Source of the DNA: an actinobacterium SCGC AAA028-A23
GTDB taxonomy: Bacteria > Actinomycetota > Actinomycetes > Nanopelagicales > Nanopelagicaceae
Length of the DNA stretch: 64,000 nt
Assembly: GCA_000378905.1 (NCBI GenBank)
Contig: KB900551.1
Span: 2,026 to 66,025, forward strand
Reading direction: 5' to 3'
A program made the translations under genes and the position numbers. Positions 61,804 through 64,000 of the stretch are shown here, one piece after another; the first letter of the stretch is position 1, and every line of letters begins with the position of its first letter. The notes beneath the pieces are model-generated. The model worked only from the letters and a program-made list of their open reading frames with translations, was not told the origin of the DNA and made no database searches.

Positions 61804-62702
61804 CATTAATGCTTCTAGACAGTGCATCGTTATGGTACCGAGCATATTTTGGAATGCCAGATACATTGGTTTCGCCCAGCGGCTTACAGGTGAATGCCAT
61901 CAGAGGATATTTAGATATGACCTCGAAATTAATCAATCTATATAAACCCAATCGAATTGTTGCCTGTCTTGAAGGAGATTGGCGGCCATCCTGGCGGGTT
62001 GAATTGTTTCCAGATTATAAAATGAACCGGCTAGATGAGTCAGGTGAAGAGGAAGAACCGGACACTTTATCTCCACAGATACCCATACTTTTGGATTTGT
62101 TGGAAGCTTTAGGATTTCCGATGTTGGGTGTGGATGATTACGAAGCAGATGATTTGATGGCCACTTTTGCTGTAAATCAGCCAGGGCCTGTCCGGATAGT
62201 TACTGGCGATCGTGATTTGTTCCAATTAGTAGATGATAAACGTGATGTAAAAGTAGTTTATTTGGCTAAAGGTATCGCTAACCATGATTTGGTAGATTTA
62301 AAGTGGATTGAGCAAAAGTATGAAATCCCAGGGGAGAGATATGGATTATTCGCAATGATTCGAGGTGATGCATCAGATGGTTTGCCGGGAATTAAAGGCA
62401 TAGGTGAGAAGGGTGCAGCTTCAATTGCAAAGCAATTTACAAATCTTCACGAGGTTATGAAGGCTGCAAGTAACGATGATGAAAGATTGACAGCCAACAT
62501 CCGTAAAAAACTACTAGAAAATGCTGAATATGCCAAAATTGCTCCTAAATTAGTAGGTTGTGCAACGGATGTTTCGATACCTGAAATGAAAATCGATTTA
62601 CCGAACAAACCATTGGACACGCAGAAAATTCAAGATATAAAAGAAGAGTTTGGACTTGGCACTAGTGTTGATCGAATTATGAATGCACTCGGTTGGATTT
62701 AG
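61800..62702 (+). CDS. Stand-alone 5'-3' exonuclease / flap endonuclease (FenA-like)
   Basis: LDSASL.YRAYF, NAIRG, YK.NR, EADD, TGDRD, RGDASD.LPG.KGIG.K. Confidence 0.93.
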   Translation: MTLMLLDSASLWYRAYFGMPDTLVSPSGLQVNAIRGYLDMTSKLINLYKPNRIVACLEGDWRPSWRVELFPDYKMNRLDESGEEEEPDTLSPQIPILLDLLEALGFPMLGVDDYEADDLMATFAVNQPGPVRIVTGDRDLFQLVDDKRDVKVVYLAKGIANHDLVDLKWIEQKYEIPGERYGLFAMIRGDASDGLPGIKGIGEKGAASIAKQFTNLHEVMKAASNDDERLTANIRKKLLENAEYAKIAPKLVGCATDVSIPEMKIDLPNKPLDTQKIQDIKEEFGLGTSVDRIMNALGWI

Positions 62703-64000
62703 ATGCATTATTTATTGGCAATTTTTTTTGGAGGATTGGCATCGCTTGCTTTTAAACCATATGGTTTTTGGTATTGCGCTTTATTTGGGATAGCCGGTTG
62801 GTATTGGGTTTTAACGCAGCATAGATTGAAACAAAGAGTTTTCATTTCGTATCTTTTTGGGTTATCGATACTTCTTCCTACTCAGCACTGGACCGGGATC
62901 TATGTAGGAAATCTACCCTGGCTAGTTCTTTGCTTTGCTCAAGCTTTCATATTTATTCTGCCAGCCCTTTTGATGAGAAGTAACCACAGAGCAAATCAAT
63001 TGATATTTCCGCTTAGCTATGTAACCATTGAATTATTGTTACGAACCGTTCCATTTACAGGATTTGGTTGGAGTCGTTTAAGTCTAACACAAACTGATTC
63101 TCCATATGCTTCTGTTTATCGACAGATCGGGTTAGCTGGAATGGCATTGGTTATTGCCACCATAGTGGTTCTAAGAAATATTAAAAACATCTTAATTCTT
63201 GCAGTCATCTTAACTTCAATCTATTTCATTCCAGATAATGTAATTGAAGGTAAACCAATTAAAGTGGCTTTGGTTCAAGGGGGAGTGGTTAATTTAGGTT
63301 TGGATTTCAATAATAAACCAAGAGAAGTATTTATGCGTCATTTGAATCAAACTACCTTTTCAATCTCTCCTTCTGCAGTGGATCTAATAATTTGGCCAGA
63401 GAATGCTGTTGATGTAGATGTGTTTAGAAATGATGATATTCGGATTCAGATAGAAAATCTTTCTCAAGATTTGGATACACCTATTCTTGTTGGGGCGGTA
63501 ACGAGAAGCTCTCAGGGGTTAAATAACCAAGCAATACTTTTTGAACCTAAAATCTCACAGACCTACAGCAAAAGGTATTTAACACCATTTGGCGAATATT
63601 TACCTTTGCGATCAGTTGCCGAAAGTGTTTCAAAATACGCCACTAGGATCGATGATTTCTATCCTGGTAAAGAATTCATAACTTTCAATGTGAATGGCAT
63701 GAAATTCAATTCTTTAATCTGTTATGAGTTGATTAATGACAGTTTCACCAAAGAAAATGTTAATGATTTTCTCGTTATCCAAACAAATAACGCTACATTT
63801 GGTGATACTCCACAGTTAGATCAGCAGTTAAACATTGCTCGAGTTAGGGCTATTGAATCTGGGCGAGGCGTTGCGTATGTATCTACCACCGGTATCACCT
63901 CTTTTATTGACGCAAACGGCAAGGTTAATCATTCTTTAGATAAGTTTGAGCCTGGCACATCAATAAAAGTAATGACAACATATTCTGGCCGGACAAACGT
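62703..64000 (+). CDS. lnt: Apolipoprotein N-acyltransferase, 3'-truncated by the window edge (absent from the ORF track)
   Basis: Manual translation from ATG 62703: hydrophobic N-terminus, PFTGFGW, LVQGG, IIWPEN, KRYLTPFGEY, LICYE, QTNNA (E-K-C triad). Confidence 0.94.
   Translation, partial: MHYLLAIFFGGLASLAFKPYGFWYCALFGIAGWYWVLTQHRLKQRVFISYLFGLSILLPTQHWTGIYVGNLPWLVLCFAQAFIFILPALLMRSNHRANQLIFPLSYVTIELLLRTVPFTGFGWSRLSLTQTDSPYASVYRQIGLAGMALVIATIVVLRNIKNILILAVILTSIYFIPDNVIEGKPIKVALVQGGVVNLGLDFNNKPREVFMRHLNQTTFSISPSAVDLIIWPENAVDVDVFRNDDIRIQIENLSQDLDTPILVGAVTRSSQGLNNQAILFEPKISQTYSKRYLTPFGEYLPLRSVAESVSKYATRIDDFYPGKEFITFNVNGMKFNSLICYELINDSFTKENVNDFLVIQTNNATFGDTPQLDQQLNIARVRAIESGRGVAYVSTTGITSFIDANGKVNHSLDKFEPGTSIKVMTTYSGRTN

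Overview
A gene-dense, low-GC (roughly 40% by eye) window of core chromosome from a streamlined actinobacterium. Gene content, short proteins and minimal intergenic space fit the freshwater acI / Ca. Nanopelagicales lineage; this is an inference, not a database result. It runs rel (partial), DUF349, MBL-hisS-aspS, DUF948-alaS-ruvX-mltG-aroE, A24 peptidase, aroCKBQ, efp-nusB, bldD, the pyrR operon, an mIHF-Gmk fusion, rpoZ-coaBC-metK-priA-def-fmt-rsmB-rpe and serB. A salvage/membrane cluster follows (ung, purine permease, YczE, uppP, DUF554, adh, tdk, apt, tRNA-Leu), then M20 peptidase, AKR, a phosphatase-DUF3090-kinase-mshC cluster, metH, HAD, trmI, FKBP, pafBC-tatAC-DAGK-helY, a 5'-3' exonuclease and lnt (partial). 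I saw no mobile elements, prophage, CRISPR arrays or rRNA, and no clearly new multi-gene system. The most notable observations are: (1) the mIHF-guanylate kinase fusion with a possible internal start; (2) a BldD with an intact c-di-GMP motif; (3) two unexplained structured 5' leaders, before DUF349 and before the purine permease; (4) a PyrR loop that occludes the SD, plus DnaA boxes in the bldD/pyrR promoter; (5) the Pup-proteasome genes missing from their usual locus while pafBC is kept; (6) pervasive leaderless promoters.
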